Assembly (NCBI RefSeq): GCF_000143415.4
Contig: NW_003314347.1
Location: forward strand, 519,438 to 583,437
Reading direction: 5' to 3'
Origin: Selaginella moellendorffii
Taxonomy: Eukaryota > Plantae > Lycopodiophyta
Length of the DNA stretch: 64,000 nucleotides
Shown: positions 12,800-24,662 of the stretch, piece by piece
Layout of the letters: each line of letters starts with the position of its first letter
Position numbering within the stretch: the stretch's first letter is position 1
Made by a program: the position numbers and the translations under genes
The notes under the pieces: generated by a model
Database searches by the model: none
The model's input: the letters and a program-made list of their open reading frames with translations, nothing else
Told to the model about the DNA's origin: nothing

Positions 12800-13466
12800 A
12801 TGGGGCTCAAGCTGCGAGCAGTGCCGATCACGGAGGTGAATTTCCGGCCTTTTGGCCAGCTCCTGGGAAAGATCGGCGACGGATGCGAGTATGGATCGGG
12901 AGACGCGCAGCTCAATCTCGCGAATGGGATTCCCAGGTAGTGCAGGCAAAATGTGGCCGAAATTTCCAGCGGCTCAGTAGTGATTGAGTGAGTGATGGTT
13001 CCTTTGCGCAGATTCTACCTCATGGAGCTCAAGAAAACGGGGCTGCGATTCAAAAGGATAACGCATCACGCCAGGGTCACGCAGTGTCTGGGATCAGTGG
13101 GAGCTCATCCTTGGTACATGGCGGTCTCTCTTCCCAGCATTGTGGATCCTTCATCGTAACACGAGGGCGCTGTTCGATCCAACGCTGGTGGCCACTACTA
13201 TTTACCTCCCTCTCATGCAAGCGTCCAGGTTTTCAAGATAGATGGTCCTCGCTTCATCAAGCTAAACGAAGGAACTTGGCACGCTGGTCCTCTCTTCGAT
13301 GATCGAGATTCGATGGTCTTCTACAACTTGGAGCTCAGTGACACCAACGTAAGATCATTTGATCGAGCTTGTAGTTACCATGACTTATGTTTTCTCCTTT
13401 TTCTTGTTGCAGGTTGTGGATCACACTACCCACGTGTTTGAGGACGACGTACTGATCGAAGATTGA
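12800..13466 (+). pseudogene. Ureidoglycolate hydrolase-like copy 2, with a premature stop
   Basis: Exon 1 is in frame. CAA>TAA at 13157-13159 in exon 2. Confidence 0.8.
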
Positions 13467-13669
13467 GGTACAGAGCCTTGGCATTTCATGTGATATTCGA
13501 ACGTGATTTTTGTGCTAGGTGATGGCGAGCTTAAACACTTTTTTGCGTGTCTAGAAAAGCAAATGGTGGAAATGAAACAAGTTCTTTGCGAGCTAAGAAT
13601 TTCATGTCCCTTGCCATCAAGTTGTCGAGGAGCTCCTTTTGTGCCTCGGGACATTGACTAGTAGTTACA

Positions 13670-13985
13670 AAAGGAGGCTGATGATCCTGGTCGGAAGAAA
13701 ATTTACGAACGGGATGACTCCCACAGACCATGGCGTCAACTCCCTGGTATAAATCTTTCTTAATTGAACTGTAACACTGTTAGAATTCTGTGCAGGGTGC
13801 TGATTATGGTCGAAAGCCGCCTGCTTTCTGTCGAACACGAGCGAGCGGATGTTGAGAGTATTCATGTAATTTGCCTCCTGCCAGTCCAGCTCGCTACTTC
13901 CGCCAAGAACTCGGGTTCCCTCAGTCAACAGCAAGATGGAAATGTTCCAGAAGTCTTTCTTCTTGATGTCGGTCACAAACTCGAG
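13670..13985 (-). pseudogene. TM-ARM N-terminal fragment (unit 2)
   Basis: ORF 13665-13976 contains DFWNISILLLTEGTRVLGGSSELDWQEANY. Confidence 0.75.
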
Positions 13986-14432
13986 CGGTGGATGATATCC
14001 TTTGAAAGGTTTTGCTGCTCCTGAAACTTCTTGTATTTCACCTCTTCGTGGTTCTGATTCTAATAATGTAACTTTCGTGACAGCGGAAAAGTACGAACTC
14101 TATGCTTGGAAAGTTTCAAAACAGCGTAGTGGTGACCACAATTTCAGAAAGGAGATCTTCTATGAAGTAAAGGAAGCTTTATTTTTCATGTTGATTCATG
14201 TTTTCTTTCCTATTTAGCGTTCTGTTAGTGAATTACAATTGCGTAAGCGAAGTTGCTGCGAGTTCGGATCTCCTATGAAGTAAGCTTCTTCTTCTTTGGA
14301 TGTTGATTGATTTTTTTCTTTCTTTTTTTAGAGTTTACGTGAGCAAGTTGCTGAAACTGAATTTGTATTTTCTTCTTTACAGCATGACACATTCGAGGTA
14401 TGATTTTTGGTTTTTTTTTGGAAAAGGTGAAG

Positions 14433-15713
14433 CTACAGCCTATGTAAGTTCAATAGGGCGCTGTTGACGAGCTCCTCGAGGCTTCTGGAATGCTTGGTAA
14501 GTCCCACAAAACCCGAAAACGTTAAGAAGTTTTCTTCGTCTGAGGCAGTCGCTGACATTGCTTCCAGGGACGCCTCCATTTCACCGTCTTCTCTAAAACG
14601 TCGCAAGAACCTGGCGTCCTTTGCCATCAAGCTGTTCAGAAGCTCTACGCTATATCGCCGGATACGATTCAAGCTCCTAGAAGGTGCTGTCTGGGATAGA
14701 AGCTCTGTGATTTTTTCGCAAAGCCGTGATTGTTGCGATAGCACGCCTTGTTCAAAGTTACGTGTGTCGAGCCAGGGGATTATGGCTGCTGCCAAACCGA
14801 TGGCTGCCTGCTGTTCCTTGTCTGTGGATTCCAGCACCATCTGGAGGATGGGAGATATGGCTGCTCCAAGCTCCAACTTTTCTTCGTCGTTAAGCTCACC
14901 GCACAAGCTTCGCAAAATTGTGGCTGCATGGACTCCAATTGGCTTGGTGAGCATGTTGATCAAGCTCTTGAGGGTCTTGCTAACGCCACCTTGGCTGTAG
15001 CTTTTGCGCCTGAGGAGCCTCGAGCAATTGTTGGGACACTGGAGGACGAGCAAAAATATGGCTTCCCCGGCTCTCATGGCGATGCTCAACTGGTGGCTGT
15101 TCGGTGCGGTTTCTCTCGCAAATATGGCCATCAAGCTTTGGATAACTCCTCCAGTTGCACCAATGCAATCTCTAAGCTCGTCCTCGGTTGCTAACAGCTT
15201 GATCACGTCTACTGCCAGGTCCTGTAGCTCCAAATCTTCGAGATTGCATATCCTTTGAAGACTTCTTACTGCTGACACTACCGACACTATCTTCTTTCGC
15301 AGAGACCGTCCAGAATCTCCTCCCGCGCCAGCCAATGTCCTCAAAAGCTCGAGTGATCGACGGAATACTTTTCTCGACGTTCGTACTTCGAGGAAGTTCC
15401 AGTCTTCGTCTTGGATAAACGCAACCAGGATGGAGATAAGTCCGCTGGTGTTACCGATTCGCACGCATGTCCTGTGGTCCACGGCTAGCCTGTTGAGGAT
15501 AGCGAGTCCGTATCTCTGTTCTTCTGGCACTATCTTCTCTCCTGCGGTTAAAAGGGAAATGATGGCTTCCAGGGATCCAGGGATAGCGGAAATCCTGAAG
15601 CAGTTACTCCGGTGACGAAGCAGGTACTTGATTACTATCGTTGCAGCTTTCCTGATTTCGGCCTCACTAAGATCCTTCCAGGTGATCATCTCTAAGAGTC
15701 TCTCCACAACTCC
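14433..15713 (-). pseudogene. TM-ARM copy 2, 5'-truncated (ARM region only)
   Basis: The frame is open from VERLLEM to the stop, but the TM half and start codon are lost. The junction ctctccacaactccacaactacacagg joins it to sequence equivalent to 6714. Confidence 0.8.
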
Positions 15714-16351
15714 ACAACTACACAGGAGGAAGAAAGAAAAGGTAGAGAAGAAAGTGAAGAAGAATCAATGAAGAAGACGAAGAAAGGAGCTAATTACTTC
15801 TGTCCGTGAAGATGAGTGGAGAGAGCAACTTCAAAGAGCTAAAACTTTCACACGACAAACGGTCAGACGAGAAACTGGAGCACTAGTGCTGCGATTCCAG
15901 ATTGATCAATGTTGTTTGACAACAATGATCTGACACACACAAGACTGTTTTCTTCGTCTCGGTAGCGCCCTTTCTACTGTTGCACAACAAACTATTGCAC
16001 AGCCGTGGAAGGGAATAATAGTATATAGAAACCTGTTGTATCTCGTACTCTTGCTCTATAAATTCTCCATAAACTTAAAGCTTCTTCTTCCAGGCCTAGA
16101 GAAAAGTCGGCTTCAAACACACGGCATGGCCATCTTTTTGTGTGTACTGTGCAGAACTCTCCCTTTCAACCAGGTCTTATAGTTTGCCACTTACTAAGCT
16201 TAGGTGGTGGGAAAGAAAAAACTGGAGTAGTGATGTTTCTATCTTATACTTAAGAACCTTGTGTTGGCTCGAGGAGTAGTACTACGAAGTGGTGTAACAA
16301 ACGCAAAGCTTGGACAGGGCAGATTGCTACTGAACACTATTGCCATTGCCA

Positions 16352-18886
16352 CAAGCCTCAAATTTGCAGGGCAAACTTTCTTTTCCTTCTTGTGAATATT
16401 ACAATTTTCTTTCATTGTGCAAGATAAAAATTAATTTATACCTCCAAATATATAGATATTTATATATAAAAAACTTTTTAATACAACTAATTCAATTACA
16501 CAAAATCTTTGTTTGCTTTTTTTGATGACATGCATCATAAACATGCCCCTAATTGATCTTGTTGTACTCATTATCACCATTTAAATAAATGAATATCAAA
16601 TCATTTAAAGTTTCAATATTTAAATAGCATTTTGAAGTAGTTTTTAACTGATTTTGATAAGAAAATCCACCTTCAGCACAAGTAGTGCTCACAGGTATCA
16701 AAGAGATAATTTTGCATAATTCTATCAAATTAAAACATATATCTATCATGGAAATATCATCTCTGCATATTTGCCAAGCGACTAGCTTATTTTTTGTCAA
16801 CAGATTACTTTGCATAATAGTTACAAACTTTGTGAATTCTCCTTTACATTTTTCCCCATCAACAAAAGCACCATACTAGTTCAGTAAAATATTTAGCCAT
16901 TTGTAAAAGTTGTTATCCAATTTTTCCTTATTTGAATAATTCTTTGGGCTAAACAGTTTTGTAACATTGAATATGCCTATATCTTTTCCCATTCTAGCTA
17001 ACATATCAATGTATAGTTTTTGAACGCAGTCCTTATTTAAATTTAAGTAAGAGCTTAAGCTCCCATCTCCTTTGCTCTCTAGAATAAAAGTATAATTTAA
17101 GACATGCTTATGTTATTCCTTTTCAGCATTTATAAACTTGATAAATTCATCTTTAGTAACCTCCACAAAATTACTCAAGTGTTTCACACTAAGAGTCTCT
17201 TTCAGAAATTTTCTTTTGATACTTTTCAAAGTACCATATAATTACCCAACAATGCTAGCAATATCCACAGTTTCAACTTTAAAAGATTTTGTTCAAACTA
17301 TTTAATTCCAGAAGTATATTAGGTAGCATATGAATAAATGATCAATCTTTTTAAAACTTCCCCATGAAATAATCAACGTACACTGTGGATTTGAAGCATA
17401 CCTAATGTAAATATATTTATAGCATCTTCTAGAGGCCTAAAAGCCATGACTCTTTTTCTAAAAGTATGCAACCATTTATAAATTTGATTGCATAGCTTTT
17501 GAACAATCATAAGTTTAAAAAATGCATGCACAACTTCAATAGCCACTAAACTTTATTTATGTGTTAAGTAATGCACTCCAAGCAAGTGTGGAATGTTATG
17601 TTTCAATATTGTCACTAGACCAAATTATTCTCCAACCATAATAAAAGCTCCATCAATTTCAATAACAACACATTTTCCCTTTTTAAAGTTCATTTCTTCC
17701 AAAACCTTTTTGATGGCTTTATATTTATTTACAACCTTTAGTTACCATCAATTTGAAAAAGTAAGTTTTATTCAGACTTTTTTCTTTTTCTTGCATATGG
17801 AAAGAGATGTATATGATAAGATGAGATTCCAAACTTTTATCAGTATTGTTATCCACCATAATAGAAAAGTAAGGACTAGCTCAAATATTTTGGCAAACAT
17901 CTTTCCATCACATATCTTTTTTGCATTTTACAAACTTTTTTCCACTCATAGCATTCATATAAGCCTTATACTCTATGGTGATTGGCATATAGGGCATTTC
18001 TATAAACCTATTAAATTCACACAAAGATTTATAGCTTTGTAAAGGTAATCCTTTATTCACAATGAAGTACATGTGTTGCATTAAGGAAATCAATTTATTT
18101 TTGTGTTGATCTTTTTGAGCAGTAATATATTTAAGGATAGATAACCCTTTCTTTTTTCTTTACTTCCCAAATAACTATAGCTAATTGATGTTATTTGGAA
18201 TTATTATGCTATTTTAAAATTGGTTTTTGAAAAGTCAAAGAACCATCCTTACCAAAAAAATTATCCTTTTTAGCATATACATATATTATACATTTTATTT
18301 TTTAATTGCCTTCAACATCTATCACAAGATACACCCAAGGAAAACTAAGTTTCCACTCAATTCTGAATGTTTTATTCTTTTCCTCTTTTTATTGGTTGTA
18401 ATATTAGTTTCTTCTTCTGTTGTTGAAAAATCTTCATCCTCTGATCTAATTTTAAATCCTTCACCAAAAAGAGAATTATAAAGCTTTTGCCTTGCAATAT
18501 TTTGTTAATTTATATTTTTTTTTTTCCCTCTCATAGGCAATAGCAAAAAATGCTTCAATCCTATGTTGTTGCTGTCACTATCGCTGCTTTCCCATTTGCC
18601 CTAGTCCTAATCCATGTCAACTTCATTGAATTCAGGTGGTTAGACATCAGGATATTTTCACAATATTCTTAATAATATTAGATAGAATATTATCTATACT
18701 GCAATGTACGAATTTTCTTTGCCCTGCAAGTGGCAACTAAAATATTTCTATACTTCATTAGTACAAAGTGAAAATTGAACATTTCTTTCAAATAGCAAGG
18801 CAAATTAGAAATCAGTCTTCAAATGCAAGGTAAACATGCCTTTGCAGGGCTTTGCAGGGCTTTGTAGGGTGGAAATTTGAGGCCTA
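16352..18886 (-). mobile_element. hAT transposon relic, 2.5 kb, with both TIRs
   Basis: 17-bp imperfect TIRs (consensus CAGGCCTCAAATTTGCA) with flanks cattgcca / cattgtct. C-terminal hAT dimerisation-like motif IPVSTTCAEGGFSYQNQLKT at 16549-16815. The frame has many stops. Confidence 0.85.
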
Positions 18887-19334
18887 CATTGTCTCCCTAA
18901 ATGTGATTTGGGTGCCATAGTTCTAAAGAGATTGTTGCTATAGAAGAGCTTACAAGGATGTTGAGATATTGCTGTAAGTTCCTTCATGCACTTCACAGTG
19001 ATAGTAAATGCCTTGTGATGGCATCTTAAACTCGTACCATGGCATCTGCATTGCCAGTTCAAAGATTAAATGGCCCACAACCAAGAACAAAGTGAAGAAA
19101 ATGAGAAAACTCTAAGAATGTTGCTGTCCCCTTAAGTTTCTCTGGCCATAAATTCGCTGCTACAATAGCTTATGTCCTTTCTACGCTTTAAGTTTCAGTG
19201 CCCGTAGCGGATAGATGTCGTTTGGACACTGTTGACCACAATTGACTATCGTTGACCAATGGACCGTTGACTTGGCTGACTATGCTGGGTTCGATTCCTG
19301 CGCTGGGCGATATTGCCAGGGCTAGGGTTCTTCG

Positions 19335-19805
19335 ATGGGGCTCAAGCTGCGAGCAGTGCCGATCACGGAGGATAATTTCCGGCCTTGGCCAGCTCCTGGG
19401 AAAGATCGGCGACGGATGCGAGTATGGATCGGGAGACGCGCAGCTCAATCTCGCGAATGGGATTCCCAGGTAGTGCAGGCAAAATGTGGCCGAAATTTCC
19501 AGCGGCTCGGTAGTGATTGAGTGAGTGATGTTTCCTTTGCGCAGATTCTACCTCATGGAGCTCAAGAAAACGGGGCTGCGATTCAAAAGGATAACGCATC
19601 ACGCCAGGGTGACGCAGTGTCAAGCTAAACGAAGGAACTTGGCACGCTGGTCCTCTCTTTGGTGATCGAGATTCGATGGTCTTCTACAACTTGGAGCTCA
19701 GTGACACCAACGTAAGATCATTTGATCGAGCTTGTATGACCTTTTTTATGTTCTTTTTATTTGCAGGTTGTGGATCACACTAACGACGTACTGATCGAAG
19801 ATTGA
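19335..19805 (+). pseudogene. Ureidoglycolate hydrolase-like copy 3, with a frameshift plus internal deletions
   Basis: Same 2-nt deletion as copy 1. About 170 bp of exon 2 is missing (cagtgt|caagctaaac at 19620), and there is a small deletion in the last exon. Confidence 0.8.
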
Positions 19806-20009
19806 GGTACAGAGCCTTGGCATTTCATGTGATATTCGAGCGTGATTTTTGTGCTAGGTGATGGCGAGCTTAAACACTTTTTTGCGTGTCTAGAAAAGCA
19901 AATGGTGGAAATGAAACAAGTTCTTTGCGAGCTAAGAATTTCATGTCCCTTGCCATCAAGTTGTCGAGGAGCTCCTTTTGTGCCTCGGGACACTGACTAG
20001 TAGTTGAAG

Positions 20010-20330
20010 GATGTACAAGATGAGGCTGATGATCCTGGTCGGAAGAAAATTTACGAACGGGATGACTCCCACAGACCATGGCGTCAACTCCCTGGTATAA
20101 ATCTTTCTTAATTGAACTGTAACACTGTTAGAATTCTGTGCAGGGTGCTGATTATGGTCGAAAGCCTGCTTTCTGTCGAACACGAGCGAACGGATGCTGA
20201 GAGTATTCATGTAATTTGCCTCCTGCCAGTCCAGCTCGCTACTTCCGCCAAGAACTCGGGTTACCTCAGTCAACAGCAAGATGGAAATGTTCCAGAAGTC
20301 TTTCTTCTTCATGTCGGTCACAAACTCGAG
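20010..20330 (-). pseudogene. TM-ARM N-terminal fragment (unit 3)
   Basis: ORF 19956-20321, same motifs as the other fragments. Confidence 0.75.
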
Positions 20331-20839
20331 CGGTGGATGATATCCTTTGAAAGGTTTTGCTGCTCCTGAAACTTATTGTTATTTCAGCTCTTCGTGGTTC
20401 TGATTTTAATAATCTAACTTTCGTGACAGCGGAAAAGTACGAACTCTATGCTTGGAAAGTTTCAAATCAGTGTGGAGTACAATTTCAGAAAGGAGATCTT
20501 CTATGCAGTGAAGGAAGCTTTATTTTTCATGTTGATTAATGTTTTCTTTCCTATTAGAGTTCTGTTAGTGAATTACAATTGCGTGAGCGAAGTTGCTGCG
20601 ACTTCAGATCTCCTTTGAAGTAAGCTGCTTCATTTTTGGATGTTGATTGATTTTTTTCTTTCTTTTTTTAGAGTTTACGTGAGCAAGTTGCTGAAACTGG
20701 GATCGCACTCTTTCCCACCAAGATCATAGATCCTCCTAAGTTTTGTCTTTCTAAAACAGAGTTGGTAATTTTTATTTTATTCTTTACAGCATGACACATT
20801 CGAGGTATGATTTTTGGTTTTTTTTTGGAAAAGGTGAAG

Positions 20840-23331
20840 CTACAGCCTGTGTAAGTTGAATAGGGCGCTGTTGACGAGCTCCTCGAGGCTGCTGGAATGC
20901 TTGGTAAGTCCCACAAAACCCGAAAACGTTAAGAAGTTTTCTTCGTCTGAGGCAGTCGCTAACATTGCTTCCAGGGACGCCTCCATTTCACCGTCTTCTC
21001 TAAAACGTCGCAAGAACCTGGCGTCCTTTGCCACCAAGCTGTTCAGAAGCTCTACGCTATATCGCCGGATACGATTCAAGCTCCTAGAAGGTGCTGTCTG
21101 GGATAGAAGCTCTGTGATTTTTTCGCAAAGCCGTGATTGTTGCGATAGCACGCCTTGTTCAAAGTTACGTGTGTCGAGCCAGGGGATTATGGCTGCTGCC
21201 AAACCGATGGCTGCCTGCTGTTCCTTGTCCGTGGATTCCAGCACCATCTGGATGATGCGAGATATGGCTGCTCCAAGCTCCAACTTTTCTTCGTCGTTAA
21301 GGTCACCGCACAAGCTTCGCAAAATTGTGGCTGCATGGACTCCAACTGGCTTGGTGAGCATGTTGATCAAGTTCTTGAGGGTCTTGCTAACGCCACCTTT
21401 TCTGTAGCTTTTGTGCATGAGGAGCCTCGAGCAATTATTGGGACACTGGAGAACGAGCACAACTATGGCTTCCCCGGCTCCAATGGCGATGGTCAACTTG
21501 TTTGGTGCGGTTTCTCTCGCAAATATGGCCATCAAGCTTTGGATAACTCCTCCAGTCGCGCCAATGCAATCTCTAAGCTCGTCCTCGGTTGCTAGCAGCT
21601 TGATCACGTCTACTGCCAGGTTTTGTAGCTCCAAATCTTCGAGATTGCATATCCTTTGAAGACTTCTTACTGCTGACACTACCGAAACTATCTTCTTTCG
21701 CAGTGACCGTCCAGAATCTCCTCCCACGCGAGCCAATGTCCTCAAAAGCTCGAGTGATCGACGGAATACTTCTCTCGACGTTTGTGCTCTGGGGAAGTGC
21801 CAGTCTTCGTCTTGGATAAATTCAACCAGGATGGAGATAAGTCCGCTGGTGTTACCGATTCGCACGCATATCCTGTGGTCCACGGCTAGCCCGTTGAGGA
21901 TAGTGAGTCTGTAGCTCTTTTCTTCTAGCACTTCCTCCTCTCTTGCGGCTAAAAGAGCAGTGAGGGCCTCCAGGGATCCAGGGATAGCGGAAATCCTGAA
22001 GCAGTTACGGCGGTGACGAACCAGGTGCTTGATTACTATGGTTGCAGCTTTCCTGATTTCGGCCTCACTAGGATCCTTTCAGGTGATCATCTCTAAGAGT
22101 CTCTCCACAACTCCGGGCGTGGTACCAATCCTCCGTCGCGTTTCTTTTATTGAATCTCCTTTTGAGACAAGAGCTGACAGTATGTTGACGCTACCGAGCT
22201 GCTCTTCCCTTATGCTTGACTGCAGCTTCTCGACGGTGAAATCGATAAGGTCCATTCCCAGGCCATCAAACACGCTTCCGTTCAGCGATCGTGAGTACAA
22301 TGTGTACCAGTACTGCTTCATGGTTTCAATGTCGACTTGATCAAGCTCACACGTTCGAGTGACTACTTCCAGCAACCTCTGGTAACGAAGCTTGAATTCC
22401 CAATATGCTCTCTCCAGGAGGAATAGCGACGTTTCTGCCAGCATCATCGCGTAAAACACCGTAAGTGCTTGCTCAGTGTTTTTTCCTTGGGCATTGAAGC
22501 CGTGCTCGGCAAGTCGATATACTGAGAAACATACGGTGACTGTTGCAGAAGCAAGCTGGAGCAAGTACATGAAAAGGCTGATGATCCTGGTGGGGAGGAA
22601 CTTTACATACGGCAGGAGCGGGACGCTTCCCACGGACCAAGTTCTTCGGGCACCGAATCCCTGGTATAAATCTTTCTTTACTGGTTTTTTGGAAAGTCGA
22701 TCTCTGCTAACGTTCTGTTCAGGGTGGTCACGGTCGAAGGCTGCAGAGAACGTCTGCCTTAATCTGGCGCTCTTGTCGAACACGAACGATCTGAAGCCGA
22801 GAATTCCCAAGCTGTAATTTGCCTGCTGCCATTCCAACTCGCTACTTCGACTGAAAACCCGCGTTCCTTCAGTCAGCAGCACGGCCGATATCGTCCAAAA
22901 GTCTTTGGCCTGAATGTTGCTCACGAATCCACCGAGGAGAACAACAGTTGCCCAGACGAAGGCCAGTTTCCCGAGGCCAGTGGCGAACTTTTCAAGAACT
23001 GCGAGCCTGAAAGCTATCAGATTGAGACGCTGCTCTGGTGATTGGGAATTAGCTGAAGGCTGGGCAGTGGAAGACTGCTGCCCTCGTCGTCTTAATAACT
23101 GCATTTCACTGGAGCTGAAGGCTTGGGAGTGGAAGACTGCTGCTCGACTTCCGGATGTGGAGAAAAAACCGACCACAACTCACTGGTGTTGAGGGTTCTA
23201 GTGCCTGAAGGTGGAGAAGGTGGAGTAGCGAGAGCAGAGCCGGAAGAAGGAACTTGAATGGTTATCTCGTCCGCAAAGTGAACGGTACTCTTGGGGGCAC
23301 CGGCAGACTGTCTGCTGTTCCTCGAATCCAT
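20840..23331 (-). pseudogene. TM-ARM copy 3, full length but disrupted
   Basis: 1-nt deletion near 23093 (cttaataac versus cttaaataac in copy 1) and TGG>TGA at 22079. Otherwise nearly identical to copy 1. Confidence 0.85.
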
Positions 23332-23439
23332 GTTTAGTGTATTGACGACTTCAAAGCCGCTTGAATGTCTTTCTCATGTTGCTGGCATAAGCAAGTAAGC
23401 TAGAGACAAGGAGTGGAATGAGATTTGGGCGGATCAAAC

Positions 23440-23542
23440 CTGCGGCCTTTGGAAGCGTGTACTGCGTGAGGAGCGTGTCTTCTTCACGAGTCCATGGACC
23501 CCTGTTGAGACCGATTTTCTCGCAGCAAGGAGATCGACCCAT
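23440..23542 (-). pseudogene. R2R3-MYB exon-1 remnant
   Basis: [35 protein letters not shown] then a GT donor at the usual MYB intron-1 position. The exon is 103 bp, i.e. the common 133-bp exon minus 10 codons. No exon 2 or 3 follows. Confidence 0.8.
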
Positions 23543-24662
23543 CTGCATGGCACCACCAACAAGGAAAAAGAAGAACAGAAACTAGAAAATGCCTGTGGAA
23601 GCTTTGGGAAGAACACAGGATGAAGTTCGACTGGGACGAGAAGAATACGGTGGGTGTTATATACGAGATGTTTTGTTTTAAATCAATGTTTTCCGCTCTG
23701 CTGGTCTCTTGAAAATGTTCCTAGCTATGAGATAGATGCTTCAGACACACAAGGGACCAGGACCAAGAAAAAATATTCATGAGAAAAGAACAAAGCTTGA
23801 ATTTTTTGACCCCTCAACGAAAGGAAGCTAAAGACTCGTATAGGAATCTACAAAACCTGTGCCATGCTTGTCCCGCCATGCAAACATCACTCCCTTTCTT
23901 GCTCGTTAAATCGCGGTAGGATCTCTCAAGAACATGACCACTATACTGTTGATGACTATCGCTACAGTAGGATGGACTTTGTGGTATAGCTTGGGCTGGT
24001 GCTCTCCACAGAAGGAGCACGAACTACACAGGAGGAAGAAAGAAAAAGTAGAGAAGAAAGCGAAGAAGAATCAATGAAGAAGACGAAGAAAGGAGCTAAT
24101 TACTGCTGTCTGTGAAGATGAGTGGAGAGAGCAACTTCAAAGAGCTAAAACTTTCACACGACAAACGGTCAGACGAGAAACTGGAGCGATCTGGCACTAG
24201 TGCTACGATTCCAGATCGATCAATGTTGTTTGACAACAATGATCTGACACACACAAGACTGTTTTCTTCGTCGGTAAAGCCCTTTCTACTGTTGCACAAC
24301 AAACTATCGCACAGCCGTGGAAGGGAATAATAGTATATAGAAACCTGTTGTATCTTGTATTGCTCTATAAATTCTCCATAAAGTTAAAAGCTTCTTCTTC
24401 CAGGCCTAGAGAAAAGTCGGCTTCAAACACACGGCATGGCCATCTTTTAGTGTGTACTGTGCAGAACTCTCCCTTTCAACCAGGTCTTATAGTTTGCCAC
24501 TTACTTGGGAAAGAAAAAACTGGATATTTCTTCTCACATAGTGATGTTTCTATTGTATACTTAAGAACCTTGTGTTGGCTCAAGGAGTAGTACTATGAAG
24601 TGGTGTAACGAACGCAAAGCTTGGACAGGGCAGACTGCTACTGAACACTATTGCCACTGCCA

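Noticed and set aside
14433-15707. Functional soluble ARM-only protein (424 aa ORF)
   Set aside because: The listed start is GTG at a deletion junction and the native promoter and start are gone. An ATG six codons later exists, but nothing supports its use.
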